A stretch of 64,000 nt of DNA from Lama glama (Eukaryota): contig CM052817.1 in the NCBI GenBank assembly GCA_028534125.1, positions 39,620,001 to 39,684,000 of the forward strand, read 5' to 3'. The translations under genes were made by a program, and so were the position numbers. Of the stretch, positions 12,110 to 26,317 are shown piece after piece. The notes under the pieces are model-generated. The model made no database searches. It was not told where the DNA came from and saw only the letters and a program-made list of their open reading frames with translations. The stretch's first letter is position 1. Every line of letters begins with the position of its first letter.

Positions 12110-12817
12110 CTGTGTGAACCCATAGAAATGACACATAACCTAACCTGGGAAGCAGGGCTCAGGGAGGGAAACAAAGTGTGAATCATGAGCCATGAGGCAA
12201 AAAGTGCCCTGAAATTCAGTAAGTAATGTGAAAAATAGAAACACAATGTACAGCCATATTGAAATCTCAAAACACCACATACTCTCATAAAAGATGAAAC
12301 AGGTGAGTGAGTAGGGGATGACGGCTGTCTCTCACTTCTGTCCAGACCTGGGCAGATCTTGAGCTGGTCTGGCTTGTTCCCCCTTAGGAGCAATGACTTT
12401 CATTTGCACACTATCACCACTCCTCCAGGTGCCTAGTGCTGCACTCTCCATTTATAGGTAGCCAAGGGCATTAAGAAGGCATTGAGGAAAGAGGGAGTTC
12501 GGGTGGAAGGTGGAGTTGCCCTGCAGAGGGGGCTGGGTGAGGGCTGAGCAACGTCCTGGGGCACAGGCCAGCTTGCTGCAGGGTGCTGGCTATGAATGGT
12601 ACCTAATCTGCACCACCCGGCCAAGAGGACAGCTCACATGGGTCCTCAACTCAGGCAGTAGACTATGACTCCCAGAGGGACAGTGAAGAGTTTTTAGATG
12701 CCATCTTCTCCTTTTCATCAGTCACCTCCCTCTCAATCTCTCCAGCTGGGAAATCTTTATCTTGTCTGAAGGGAGCAGAAAGAAAGAAAATATATATTCT
12801 TCTAAATATCTTACTTA

Positions 12818-12947
12818 GGGGGAGGGTATAGCTCAAGTGGCAGAGCACATGCTTAGCACACACAATGTCCTGGGTTCAATCCCCAGAACCTCCTCTAAAA
12901 ATAAATAAATAAGTAAACCTAACTACCTACCCCTCAAAAAATAATAA

Positions 12948-12979
<32 letters not shown>
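12818..12979 (+). mobile_element. Camelid tRNA-derived SINE (vic-1-like)
   Basis: tRNA-Ala-like head with A box tagctcaagtgg and B box ggttcaatcc, unique tail, (AAT)n end; TSD taaatatcttac / taaatatcctac. Confidence 0.88.
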
Positions 12980-12982
<3 letters not shown>

Positions 12983-13067
12983 TCCTACCTTATTAGTGAA
13001 CTGTGGCATTTATATTTAAAAAACAAATATTTAGCACCTTTGTTCTCTGGTTTTATACTGTCTAGCT

Positions 13068-13535
13068 CAGTGCTTTCCAGTAGAAACAAAACAAGGCACC
13101 AATGTAATTTTAAATTTTCTAATGGCCACATTAAAAAAGTAAAAAGAAAGAGATCAAGTTAATTTTAATAATGTAATTTGTTTAAGGAAATATATCCAAA
13201 ATGTTATCATTTCAATATGCAATCAACATAAAAATGATTAATGAGATACTTTTAATCCTCTTTTTCCTACTAAGAAATCTGAGGTGTATTTTACAACACA
13301 TATCATTTCAGATGCTAGGTACTTGACTGGTTTTTAAATTTCATAAAATGTAGAGTCAAAAAGTAGATACACATATCCAAGTTGGCCCAAACATAATCAA
13401 AAATCTTCCAATAATTGAATTCAGTATCAGTTTTTTTCATTTAAATTAATTTAAATGAAATAAATTCTTGCATTCAGTTCTTTAGTCACACTAGTTACGT
13501 GCTGGGGTGGGGGGCATCCTCTACTGCACGTGCAG
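13068..13535. mobile_element. hAT-Charlie non-autonomous DNA transposon (MER33/Charlie1-related)
   Basis: aattttaaattttctaatggccacattaaaaaagtaaaaagaaa motif; 8-bp TSD gtctagct / gtctagat. Confidence 0.75.
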
Positions 13536-15314
13536 GTCTAGATGCCTGCACTGTGCCGGGTGGAAGAGCCTCAGAGAATAAGGAGCAAGGAACTTTTTTA
13601 ACCGGCTGGAGGGGCTGGGGATATGCACAGAGCAGTAAACATTCTAAAAGTCTCCCCAGCACAAGAATATTGTACAAAATTAGAGGCTATTCAGCACCAA
13701 GTTTAAAATTCTAACATTACCAGATATCAAATGGTCAAAACAGCAACAGACTCGATAGAAACGTCTCTTATGAACGATCATAGGCCCCTCCTGGAAATCC
13801 CACCCTGGCGTGGGGTTGCAGCGCCGAGCCGGTTCTGGCGAGGCCGGAGCCATTCCAGCCAGGACAGGGGAGAACTCTCCTCCCTCATCCCCGAGAAGAA
13901 CAGCTGACTGGCGTTTCTCTCCTGCTCTTGATGGGTTCCTGTTCCTCCTAATCTAAAATGTGATTAAAATGAATTGCTTTCTAAATCTGTTATGTAATTT
14001 GTATGTAATGCCCTTAGTATTGGGTTTGAATACAATTGCAGTAAGATACACTAATTGATTCGTTTAATTTTATTTTCCACCCTTTGAATGGAAGCCTTTG
14101 GGACTCAATATGTAAAGTGATATGCAAATTGGGACTTTGATGCAAGAAGACTTGGCAGTTTTTTTAAACAGGACTCAAGCATTACTTGGAATCATTTAAG
14201 AGAGTAATTTCAAGCAAAGCAACCTCTACTTGTCCTTCTGTGTGATTAAATTTTGGTGTACACAAACATAAGTACAAAACACACTCAGAACTACTGAATA
14301 TTAATTGAAGATGTAGGTCAAAGAACAATTATACTTCCCCAATGATTTTTTGACCCTAACCCTAGTATAAAATAGGATAAGGTTTTACAGGTTCATGTAA
14401 CTTTCCATAGATTGGAAGAAGCAGAGGATAGTTACAAAAGAGAAATCAATCCATCAGCCACTAATGAGCACCTTCTTTGGATTAATAATAACAGCTAACG
14501 TTTATTGAGTGCTTATTATGAGATAGGCACTGTGCGCAAATTGTATCTGGATTATTTTCCTGCTAGGGACTCAGTAAGGAGCTTTCCAAGATTCATGGAT
14601 GATAAAACACATTCTGTATATCCAAGGAACTTAAAATTTAAGTACCAAAGTTTAGTATCAACAAAAGGTACTATGGGAGTTGAGAGAAACTTAGTTTTCT
14701 GTTTTCCGTACTCCCAAGCTGTTGCTGTGGATGCAAGCATGATTCTGATACAGAGACAACTTTAATATGCAGCTAAGATGATTTTAAATAACTGTTCTTC
14801 GTCCTCCACTTCCTCCTTCCAAATAAATGCCCTTTTCCTGGGTTCAGAGAAGATCACAAGTTTCAAGCCATGAATGTAATCTCTCATTGTTGTCACTGTT
14901 TCCAAACTGTGGCTCACACAATAACAGCGTCGGCAATTCCTTTGCTCACCCCAGTTAATATATTTCAGTATGATCAAACCATAGTTTACAGGAAATTGCT
15001 ATACTATTGATGTCATGGATGAGGAAATCAGTACATGAGATAGCCAAGCCCTAGAAATCTGAGAAAATGAGAAGCTGGGGGGATGAGCTTGTTTGTTGTT
15101 GAGATAACATTAACAGCGTGAGTGCCACGGCTAAGATTTCAGCTTAGAGATGATGGGTAAAGGCAGAGCAACAGCCTCAGCAGTGAAGGAGAGGCTCCCT
15201 GGGTCTAAATACCATTGGAGGAGTAAGGTGAGCTCTTTTCTAGAGACATGGGAACGTTCAGAGGCCACAAGCAGTTTGGAAGGTTTTGTTCAGAATTTTA
15301 GGAGTGAAGGTGTC

Positions 15315-15703
15315 TGCATTAGGCTGCTTGGGATGCTGTAACAAAGTACCTTAAACAACAGAAATTTACTTTCTCACAGTTCTAAAGGCTGGGAAGTCCA
15401 AGATCTTGGTTCTGCATGGTTCTGTCTCTGGTGAGAGCTCTTTTCCTGGCTTACAGCCACTTTCTCGCTGTGTTTTCATATGGTCTTTTTTCAGTGCTTG
15501 CTCATGGAGAGATTTTCTCTCTCTCTCTCTCTCTTTAAGGCCACTAGTCCTACAGGATTAGGGTCCCATCTTTAGGAATTCATTTAATCTTAATTACCTC
15601 ATAAAATCCCCATCTCCAAATACAGTCACATTGGAGGTTAGGGCTTCAATCTATGAATTTGGAGGTGCTGTCAATGAGGAGAGACACAGTTCAGTCCATA
15701 GCA
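15315..15703 (-). mobile_element. MaLR solo LTR (MLT1A-like)
   Basis: aaacaacagaaatttactttctcacagttct...ccatctccaaatacagtcacattgg; TSD gtgtc / atgtc. Confidence 0.85.
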
Positions 15704-16799
15704 ATGTCTAAACATCAAGAAATCCAACTTTATCATCTTTCAGATGAAGAAACTAAAGTTATGCTTTTATGCACTTTTTTTGAGCAAGAATCAGGGGCTG
15801 AAAATAATACAGTGAGTGCCCTAGTGACCCAGATCCTAAAATGAGGAACTAAACTATCTGTGTAGGCTGTACTGAAAAACTGGGAAACCATGCAAATGTA
15901 GTGCATGGCTCCCACTGTCAAGCTACATGGGACAAGACAAAGAATTCACATATGTGTTGAGGATGTTGGGGAGACAAGATGTCAATGCTAGAGAATATTG
16001 TTCCTGAGCTGCAGTGTCCCTCCCCCTCACCTCATGGGGGAGAATCATGGGGGACTTTTTCCCCAATGAGAGATGCAACCAAATGTTGGCCGATGGCTCC
16101 AGGAATTTGGTGGACACAGAGACTGGTGCCTGACTCTCAAGAGAATAAATCTGAAGTTGAAAGACTACAGCTAGACTAGACTGCAGCTAAGGGGAAAGAC
16201 AAAGGTCCCTGCAAGGAGATGGCTGAACTTCTCACCAAAGAGGACTACCCCATGGTGTGACGTGACTTTGACAAAGGGGTAAGAACCTGTAGTCAGAGGT
16301 GCCCTGTGCAGGACCCTGATGAACACACAGAAAGGCCCCCATGAGAACAAGAACCAGTAACTGTGCACCTGCTATGTAAAGATCTTCTGATGCCACATGA
16401 CTCCTCGTCCCCTGTCCCTTCCATCCCTGAGCCTGACCCAGAAGAGATCAGAAGCAGCAACTTGCAGAATGGGGTGGGGGGGGAGTGAATGTCAGAAAGC
16501 ACTGTCCAATTTTTTTGACTTATCATGACAATATATATTTTTTTAGGGTGGCCCCTAGTTAGCTGACAACAGATTCTTAAGTAAATCCCATCAAGATTAG
16601 CCTCAAATGCTGTCATTGCTAACTACCTTGCTTGCCCAAGAAAAGCTTATAAATGTCTCTGAAGATTGTGTAGCTATATAATCCTAAGAACTTTGACTAA
16701 AAAGTAAAATTTTGAGTGAATTAACTGAATTTTATGTGAGGGGTTGCTAATCATACTTAGAAATTCACAAGTTCCTTGTTGACAAAACACCCAGGAATA

Positions 16800-17160
16800 G
16801 AGAAAAAGTCAGTAGGCTAGGAGCCAGGGAGACCTAGTTTCTAGCCTTGCTTGCTCTAGGGCCTCGATTCAGTCTTTCTGGGCCTCATCTTCCCCATTAA
16901 TAAGGATAAGGTGTTGGACTCAATAAGTTCCATGGTCCTATGATTTTTTTTTTACTTTTTTCTTCGTCCTTCAGTGTCATGTAAGAAAAGACATTTATTT
17001 GAAAGCTCAAAATATCTTAGTCCTAAAAACAAGACCTCAATTTCATAATTGAGACCCAAAGATTAGTGAGTTGTCCCATGTCACACAGGGAATTCGTAGT
17101 AGTGCCAGAACAAGAAAGCAGTTCTTTGGAATCCAAGGCCAAGGATTTTTCAGAACATCA
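16800..17160. mobile_element. Two MIR fragments
   Basis: Degenerate MIR motifs (gggcctcatcttcccc; ttgtcccatgtcacacag). Confidence 0.55.
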
Positions 17161-17218
17161 CGCTCCCTTTCTAGACAAGATGATACACTGTCCCAAAGAC
17201 TGATATAGCTATTGATGA

Positions 17219-17752
17219 ATGTCTACAGCAACTGGCTGTGCAAGGCCATCTCTGTTACTGTGAAACTGCCACAAATTTAATCCTGTCCTGTAGCCATGTC
17301 CCACCCCCCATGGCACTGTGAAGGTCTCCTCTTTGAACGTTGGGCTCAGCCAGGTGGCTTGTTCTGGCCAAAGGGGCATTGGCAAGTGTGACTCATGCAG
17401 AAACTTGATAAGCACTTGTGTAGTGGCCCTTTTCCTCTTTCTGGTTATCCTTAGAACTCTGAGTCATCATGGGGAAGAGCCCAGCTAGCCTGCTAGATGA
17501 TGAAGGATTTGCGGTCCAGTCATCATTGCTGCCCCACCCCACAGCCAGCCAAACTCAGAAACAAAACAGCGTACCTGACCAGCAGCGGACCCCATATAGG
17601 TGAGTGAGACCAGTTAAGATCAGCAGAAAAACATTTAATCTGATCCCACCCCCAAATTACTGAACAACAGAGTCCTGAGTTAAATAAATGGTTGCTGTTT
17701 TAAGTCACTAAATTTTGGGATCCTTTATTACATAGCAAAAAAATCTGATATA
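17219..17752 (+). mobile_element. MaLR solo LTR (MLT1F/G-like)
   Basis: 3' end aataaatggttgctgttttaagtcactaaattttggga...ttacatagcaa. Confidence 0.75.
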
Positions 17753-18132
17753 AGGCCCCAAGGAAATGCTTAAAGAGATTTCTACATGAAGGTGAGAGCT
17801 ATCGTGAACTAAGGCAATGAAGATAAAATTATTTTAAAGCTATGTGGACCTAACATGCTGTTATGATTAGCTTTCAAATCTAAGAAGGTCCTTGAGGGTC
17901 CAATCTTTTTCTAGAAATCTTCAGGGCTACATTTCAAAATAGGACCTGGCTGCATGAAATTCATTTGTATGAACTATTTCACATCTTCTTAAATGCCAAT
18001 AGTTCCAGACTCTACTATATACTCTTACTGGATTTAAATTTCAGGACTAAATCTAAGCTTTTGTATGTCATCAATGAGGTATTACGAGGGAAAAAGGAAA
18101 AAAAAAGAAACAGTACAGGTATCAGCAGGTGA

Positions 18133-18222
18133 TGTTTGTTAATACTGGCGATGACTTGGTAATGATGGTGGTAGTGGTGTTTGTTAATACTGGTGATAAC
18201 TTGGTGATGATGGTGGTAGTGG
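18133..18222. repeat. 45-bp tandem duplication (2 copies)
   Basis: tgtttgttaatactggYgatRacttggtRatgatggtggtagtgg x2, with 3 differences. Confidence 0.95.
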
Positions 18223-18279
18223 TGAGTATCCAAAAACACAGAGATAAAGCCCTGACAAAAAACGTGGCCATAACCACCT

Positions 18280-18385
18280 GCCATTGACTGAACATTTGTG
18301 TCACCCCAAAATTCTTATGTTGAAACCTAATCCCCAATATGTTGGTCTTTGGAGGAGGGGCCTTTGCAAGGTGATTGGATCGTAA
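18280..18385 (+). mobile_element. MaLR LTR 5' fragment (MLT1A/MST-like)
   Basis: gactgaacatttgtgtcaccccaaaattcttatgttgaaacctaatcccc. Confidence 0.7.
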
Positions 18386-18611
18386 AAATAAAAAAAAAAT
18401 ATATAGGCTATCTCTGCTTAAAACCTAGTCCATATTGAGTATTTGAGTGGAAAACTCACTTGACTTCTGCGTTCACCTATACTAGTTTGACCGAGCTGCT
18501 GAAAAATTGCTTCTGATATGTAGGTCTATGGAAATAATTTTGTATGTTCAATTGACAATATCAACCAATAAAAATTTCAAGAGTATATTAATTTAGCTAA
18601 TTTATCATTTT

Positions 18612-19205
18612 CCCAATGTTCATGGCAGCACTATAACAGCCAAGACATGGAAGCAACCTAAATGTCCATCAACAGATGACTGTATAAAGAAGCTGTCATA
18701 TATTTATACAATGGAATACTACTCAGCCATAAAAAAGAATAAAATAATGTTATTTGCAGCAACATGGATGGACCTGGAGATCTTCATTCTAAGTGAAGTA
18801 AGCCAGAAAGAGAAAGAAAAATACCATATTATAGCACTCATATGTGGAATCTAAAAGAAGAAAAAAGACACTAATGAACTCATCTTAAAAACAGAAACAG
18901 TCTCACAGACATAGTAAACAATCCTATGGTTACCAATGGAAAAGGGGTGGGAAGGGATAAATTTAGAAGTTTGAGATTTGCAAGTATTAACTTCTATATA
19001 TAAAAATAGATAAAAAACAAATTTCTTCTGTACAGCACAGGGAACTATATTCAATATCTTGTAATAACGTTTAATGAAAAATAATATGAAAATGAATATA
19101 TGTATATATATATATATATGCATGACTGGGATATTATGCTGTACACCAGAAATTGACACATTGTACCTGACTATACTTCAATTTAAAAAAAAGCAGTAAC
19201 AAAAC
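18612..19205 (+). mobile_element. 5'-truncated LINE-1 (ORF2 end + 3' UTR), lineage-specific subfamily
   Basis: cccaatgttcatggcagcac...aatggaatactactcagccataaaaaagaat...ctgactatacttcaatt + A tail. Confidence 0.92.
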
Positions 19206-22200
19206 AAAAATTTATGATCTTCTAATTTAGCAAAAATGCTAAAGCAAAGGCAAGTCGATGAATCACAGTAACATGTTTAGTGTTGTTTTTTGATCTCATA
19301 GATCTTTTTTTTTTAATTGAACTTTGAACATGCTCTAACAACTCTGCCTGTGGAGAGATGGACTGAGGAACAGGCAGAATATTAAATACCCACTTATATG
19401 TCTCCCCAGGGAATCTTCTGATAATATTATACAATGCAATAACATTGCTTGAATGGTTTATTAATGGCAGCAAAACAGAGTGAATGCTACATACAATGAT
19501 AATAACAATAAAGATTATTTATACTCTGTCTAACTGCCAGATAGCTTTAAAGGCCTTACAACTATACACTTAAACCACTAGCAATACAAAATAAAAATGG
19601 GGCAAACAGCCTTCAGATATGAGAAAGAATTAGAATGATGTGTTGTCCAGTTCCAGGAAAACTGAATTGTGGACAATTGCTCAACAATTCTAAATTTACA
19701 AACATTTACATTCTCCCCTTGTTTCAGGATTTGAACTATACCCATGAGCGTGCCAAGCCATCATTTCAGGTGAACAGAAAATTCTGATGTTAAAAAGAAA
19801 TGTTCAACATGCCCAACCAAAGACCCAGGGCATCTTGGCTTTTCCAGCTCTCCATAAAGAGCTCCCTCTTGAACCTTAGGTCCGGAAAAGGCTAGAACTG
19901 GGGAAAAGCGACAGGAGAAAAAGGAGAAGCATGGAGACAGAGAACAGTAACGAATGGCCATTTTCTCAGCAGGAGGCTGAATGCATGATGTGGCAACTTC
20001 TTTGCCAGCCATCTCTGAAGTCAAATCTTTACCAGTAAAGTATCTATCAGGCCAAACATTTTATAGTAAAAATACACATTCACACTGAGTCTCTATGAAA
20101 ACACCAACTTGACTATATCCAGGGAAGATAAATTCACAAATTAAAGTATATCTTTCTGTTCCTAAACATTCTGCTCCAGCTCACACCTAGCCAAGAAGAC
20201 TTTACATCCCTAATTTAAATCTCTATATTCAGATATATTTTTTGGTCAGTTTTTTAAAGTGACTCCACATTTTTGTGATTTATGTTCTTTCTGCTATATT
20301 CTAAGGAAGGTAAATTTTAGTACCTAGGGCATCTTTTGTTTGTTAAATGGAGTAGTAAGTGGAGAAGTGTAGGTTTGGATGAGACAGAGCAGAGCTTAAT
20401 TATTCTGAAGTAGGAAAGATCCAGGATTCAAGAAGCAGAACTGGGAGATGTAGAGACAATGAGGGGAAATGAAGTGATGGAGGGAAGGCCAGCATCAGAG
20501 GGCCACGCAGAGACTTGGGAAGAGATGACTGAAGGGTGTCTGCAGGACAAAGCTGCATGTTATGTAATGAACTTTCTCCTCTCTCTCTCCTGTAGGTCCT
20601 CAAGGAAGTCTGCATTGCTCACTGATGCCTATAGAGTCCATTTTCATCTTGAGGAATGCAAAGAAATACTAAATCTTCCTTAGAGAGCAGTGAGTATGTG
20701 TGTGGGATAAGGTAAAGGGTGTGGAAGGGTGAAAACAAAGGTTAAAGGTGATGGCAGACATCATATAGGTTATATATGACACATACAAAAAAAATCCACT
20801 TATTCCTTCTTTTTTCTTAGTTATCAAAATATCTAAAGCCTTCCAGGAAATTCATACACAGACTATATTAAGAATCTTGTGGTTGCAAGTGATAGAAATT
20901 AATGATCCAAATGAAAAGAGACCCTCTTATCCCAGGTTCTACACATTAAATCTCAAGAAAGTCTCTAAATGACTGTAGTTAATTGCACATCCCTGAACCA
21001 GTTCCTGTGTCCTGCACTTGAATGTGCCATACTCTGAATGACCCAACATGAATTGCCTCCAGAAATTAATGAAAATTAATGAAATGAAAAGCCAATGCCT
21101 TTATTTTGTTTTATAGTCAGTTCACTTGTTTGCCTCTTCAACTATATTATAAACATCTTTAGGAGAGAAATGAAATATTATTAGGCTTTGAACCCTCAGC
21201 ACCTAGACTATTGCATGAAATATAACAAGCACTGAATACATATTTGAAAATGAATTAGTGAGTATTCTAGGCTGTCTGCTTTTCCTCTTCTCCAGTGGTC
21301 ATCAATCCCATTCCATCTCCAGTAGCTCACCCATCCCCACTCATCCCTTCCCTCATCTCCCCGGGAATAAAAGATTAACTGGTAAGCAAGCATTCCTGTC
21401 ATTTGTAAGATTTTCTCAGAAGTTGATACAAATGATTGGTTGGATATATTTTATGAAAAAATTGACATAATGTCCAACTTTTTGTAAATTTATGATGAAA
21501 GATCTTGGGAACATGTTCTCAGGTAGAAAGGAATAAGTGTAGAGATATTGCTTTTATTGTATTATCTCTATTTAACCTCTGACTTCAAATACTCTTTTTA
21601 CATCCAACGTAAAATTATACTTAGCTTGGAAACATTTACAAATTTCAAGTTTACATTCAAGCACTTGAGAATTTATTGCTGCAGAATAGTGTTACTGTAG
21701 CTTATGATCTCATCAGAAAACCTGATTGATTTACGCCTTGTTAACTATCCCTATTCATCATTCCACATTTAACTAATGTGACGTTTTATGAGGTTGCCAA
21801 AAGACAATGTTGATTATAAAAACGGAGAAAATACAAATTGAAATATGTTGACATATTTTTAATCTTAGACATCCCCACATAAAAAAAGTTGGTTGTTCTG
21901 GTTTGGATAGTTTATTAGCTATGATTTGTGTATTCATATATGTGTATGTATATATGTGTTTACTTGTGTTGTGCATGTATGTACTTCTGTTATGATAAAA
22001 GGATTGAAAAGATTCAGGGTTGATACAATTCCACAGTCATCACGGACCCAGCTGGTTTCATCTTCCAGGCTGCCGTCATCAACACCTCTTAATCCAAGAC
22101 GGCATTGAGTTCAAATTCCAGCCAGCAGGAGACAGAAATACTCCTTTGGGTAGGTTTTACTTTTTCCCTTTTAGAGCACAGTGCAGAAATTGCACCCAGC

Positions 22201-24289
22201 ACTTCTGCTCATTTTTCGTTAGTCACATGGCCACAACCAGCTACAAAGGGTGTTGGGATACAATCTTTATCTAGGTAGCCATATGCTCAGGTAGACATCT
22301 GTTATTATGTATATTCTATTAGAAAGAGAGAACAAGAATTGGGAGGCACAACAGCCTCTGCCAGTGTCTTTTCCTTTGTTCCTTAATAATAAAAGACTTC
22401 TGTTCCAACTATGTATTCCATTAAGATCCAAACTTCCATAAAATCTTTGCAATCGATTCACCTGAGTAATAATAGGCTGCATATGCTGCAGTCCTCATGA
22501 CACTGACAAACAGCAATGCCTATAAGTTTCCAAGAGGTGAGTTGAAAAGAAGGGATGTTTTATTGGCATTGCACAGGAAGTGTAATGGCTGCACAATGGG
22601 GTCTTGTTTTTCAACTTGAACTTGAAAGAGAAAAGGACTCTGCAAAAAGCTACGCTCAATGTCCTTTGCAACATCACTGCTCTCTGCAAAACACTACCAA
22701 AGAAAATCCAGAAGCACAAGGAATAGATGAGAGAAGAGAAATAAAGCATCTTGTATCTTTTCCCGGGGTTAACAAGTAAGGCAGGTAGTGTGACTACTGT
22801 TAGATCATGTTTGAGAGAAGCAAACCTCTCTGGAAAAAAATAAATTTGTAACTAATATCTAAAGATCATATTTTGACCATGTGCATAAGCAAAGACTCAG
22901 AGTTTAGTTTCTTGCTGCCAGAAGCAGCCTTCTTAAAACACCAGCGAAGTGAATGCATACAGGGGACCCACAGACACTCACAGTCTCTGACATAAAATGC
23001 CACAGCCTTGAGTAATCCAGTGTGGCCTGGCTAACAGCTATCATCACCTCTGTGGTAAGAATGATGGGGACTATTTCTGGGTACCACTCTCTACATATTC
23101 TTTGTAAATTGTTATATATAAATATGCTTAATTACCTGTAGTTTTCATTGTACAGTGTTAGTTTAGTCATTCTCAGCAGGCTGGTTTGCCTTTTTTATAA
23201 AGCCACATACAAGATAAAGAACCCATTCTACCCAGCATTCTACTCTGGGAAATTTACCCTGTAGGCATATCCCACAAGTACACAAAGATAAATGGCTGCT
23301 CACTGCCTGGTTACACAACAGAAGGGTATGTGGTCATTACAAAGAAGAAAATTAATACATGTATAGTGTATATTGTTTATTCTTTTAAATGTTCACAAAT
23401 GTATATAATCCGTCTAGAAGAAATAGGAGGACTGGGGGAGGAACTTATACTTTTCATAATATTATATTCTGTACTATTTTGAGTTTTTACCATACATTAC
23501 ATAACTTTGTTTAACTGCTAATAAAAGACTTCTTTCAAGACATTGTAATGCACACATATCTCAATGGAGAAGATTCCTCCAGGTGTCAAGAATGGGCAGT
23601 AATCCCCTATAGAATACTGCCTTACTAGGACTTCTTTCCTGTATGGTTCTGCCAAATGTTCCTCTGGCAGCTAGAGACCCTTGGACTTGAAGATGTTGCC
23701 CCCCTCTCACTAATCATGCTTCATGTAAACATCTTTTTCTTTTCTCCACTGTAAAAAGGGAAACTGAGGCATCCCTGATGCTCCCTGGGGACAAATGTGA
23801 ACATCATAGCTAGAGAAAATGCACTAAAAATCAGAAGTGGAACGATTCAACCCTTGAACACAGACTCATAGGGGTCCAACATTTCTGGCATGGGCTCTGG
23901 AATCAGAAGGTTCTCAGTTCTTTTTCTGGCTCTACAACATCTTAGTTGTGCAATTCTGCATAATTTATCAATCTTCCCTATGTTTCAGTTTTATCACCTG
24001 TAGTACTGCCACCATAGTATTGCCCGACTCATTTAGATCGTGTGAGGACTGAGTCATTGAGTGCATGGATAACTCTTAGCAAGGACCTGAGGAAAATTCC
24101 ATGATTCCAGCAGCCTCAGACCACCAGATAAGCGAGTTTTCCCTGTAGATATTCGAGCCCTGATCCTGACTTACTTTAGTCTGTATGACTATCAGTGCCG
24201 ACAGTTTAGAACATACTCAATTTGCTATCAAAGAGTGAAGAGAAAACATAATTGAGATTCCCAGTCACTAGCCATCATAGCACCTGGAT

Positions 24290-24650
24290 AAACAATTGAA
24301 GTCAACACATGTTTATTTTGAGTCTACTGTGTACAAAGCACTGATTGGCTGAAAAAAAATTTTTAATGCATCAGTTCCTACCCTTCAGGAGCTCACAAAT
24401 TCATGAAAAATAGAAGTCAAAAGTGAATATTCTTTAATAGAGGACAGAGCTGTATGCTCATGAAAGTATAGAAAAGAGAAATTAATTCTAACTGAAGGAA
24501 CATGAAAAGGCATTTTAGAGAAAGTATGATTTAGACGAAGTTTTACAAAAAGGCAGCTTTGAAGGACAGACTATTTGAGGAACATAGGACACCTTGTTGT
24601 GGAAACAGAAAGTAAAGATGTGGAAACAGAAGTATACAGAGTATATTTGG
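24290..24650 (-). mobile_element. L2 LINE fragment
   Basis: caacacatgtttattttgagtctactgtgtacaaagcactg, an antisense L2 3' end. Confidence 0.6.
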
Positions 24651-24656
24651 GAAGAA

Positions 24657-25052
24657 TGCATTCGTTTACAAGGGGTACCATAATGAAATACCACAAACTG
24701 GGTGGCTTAAGCAACAGAAATTTATTTCCCACAGTTCTGCAGGCCAGAAGTCCAAGATCAAGGTGTTGGCAGGTTTACTTTGTTCTGAGGCCTCTCTCCT
24801 GGCCTGCAGATGGCCCATCTCACAGTGTCTTTCCTCTGTGCCTGTGCATCCCTGCGGTCTGTGTGTGTGTCCAAATTTCTTCTTGTAAAGACATCAGAAA
24901 GATTGAATTAAGACCCACCATAAAGAAATCATTTTAACTTAATCACCACCTTAAAGTCTTTATCTCCAAAAGACAGTCATATTCTGAGGTATTGGGGCTT
25001 AGAACTTTAACCTATGAATTTGGGGACAAAGGGTGCAATTCAGCCTATAATG
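24657..25052 (-). mobile_element. MaLR solo LTR (MLT1A/B-like)
   Basis: aaataccacaaactgggtggcttaagcaacagaaatttatttcccacagttctg. Confidence 0.85.
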
Positions 25053-25144
25053 AATAACAAGTAATGTGATTGAAGTAAATAATGTATGGGAAGGCATAGA
25101 GGAGGAGGTGGGAAAAAGGCAGACAAACGAGCAAAATGAACAAA

Positions 25145-25330
25145 AACTTTCTTGAGCTTTTATTATAAACCAGGCACAATTCTAAGAGCTTCATTTGCAC
25201 AAATTCATCAATCTTCACAATAGCCCTTTAAAGTAGATATTATTACTCCTGTTTTCAAGGAATAAAACTGAGGCATAGAGAGACTAGAACCAGGAGGTCC
25301 TCTTCCAAGGTTCATATTCTTAACCTCTAC
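25145..25330 (-). mobile_element. MIR SINE
   Basis: aatcttcacaatagccct...aaaactgaggcatagaga. Confidence 0.7.
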
Positions 25331-26317
25331 AGTAAGCTGTCTAGGGAAAGCAAAAAGAGATCAAGTTGTGAAGTGCTTTCAATACCAACCTGAGAAGGTT
25401 GGATTTAATCCTGTAAGAAATGGGGATCCTATGGTAACTGGGCAACAGAGAGAATAATTTTATTGAGAACCTTAACAGCAGCATACAGAAGGGACTGAGA
25501 CAGAAACAGGCCAGCGTATCATTATATTACCTATAAGAGATTATAGAAACTTTGGTCATTGGCATTAGATGTGGGTTGTCTCAAAAGCCACACAGACTTT
25601 TTGTAAAACTTGAACGAAGTCCAAAGATTTTAAGAGAAGTTTGTTGCCATCATTACAGATTTATGAGGGACTTCCAAATAACCCACACAACTGTTTCTGT
25701 TTTCTTTTCCCCTGTATATTAATAACAAACTACTCATAGTAAGAATTCATATGATATCAATAACAGCATTAATTATTTAGATGTGGTAATTTTGGGAGTG
25801 TTTGCTTGGTTGGTTTTTGGTTTTGGTGTTGTTTTGATTACATCACTTCTTCCTTACATCAACCCTGTGAGGTGATGTTGCACGTGCAGGAACTGGAGAT
25901 TAAAGAGATTTAGAGATTTGAGAGCAATAGACTGTGCCTGGATTCCCCTCCCTGGGTTACTTTCTCCAGGCAGAAAGCTGAAGCAATGGCAGGACTCATC
26001 TTGTCTGTTTCCCAGTTCTCAGGGATAGCTTTCCTTCATTGCCTGATGTCCAATGTCTTCAGAACCATTTTGTTTCATAACTCTTTCCAGTTTTTTAGTT
26101 GTTTCAGTTAGGAAGATAAATTCAGTCTTCATCTTGGCCAGAGGTAAAACTCGGTATCGCAGGTGAGAAACAGAGTGATAAAGATTTTTACAAAATTTGC
26201 CCTGTAGTATGCACCTTAAATAGAGACCTCAGGATTCAAATCTAGTTCTGCATGTCTCCAAAGTCCATGTGCATTACTTTCAACCTGCTACTTACCAGGT
26301 AATTTGTTTCAGTATTG

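Noticed and set aside
12818..12895. tRNA-Ala-like gene (also 50301-50377)
   Set aside because: Insertions and mismatches in the stems, a shared non-tRNA tail, an A-rich end and TSDs identify these as SINEs
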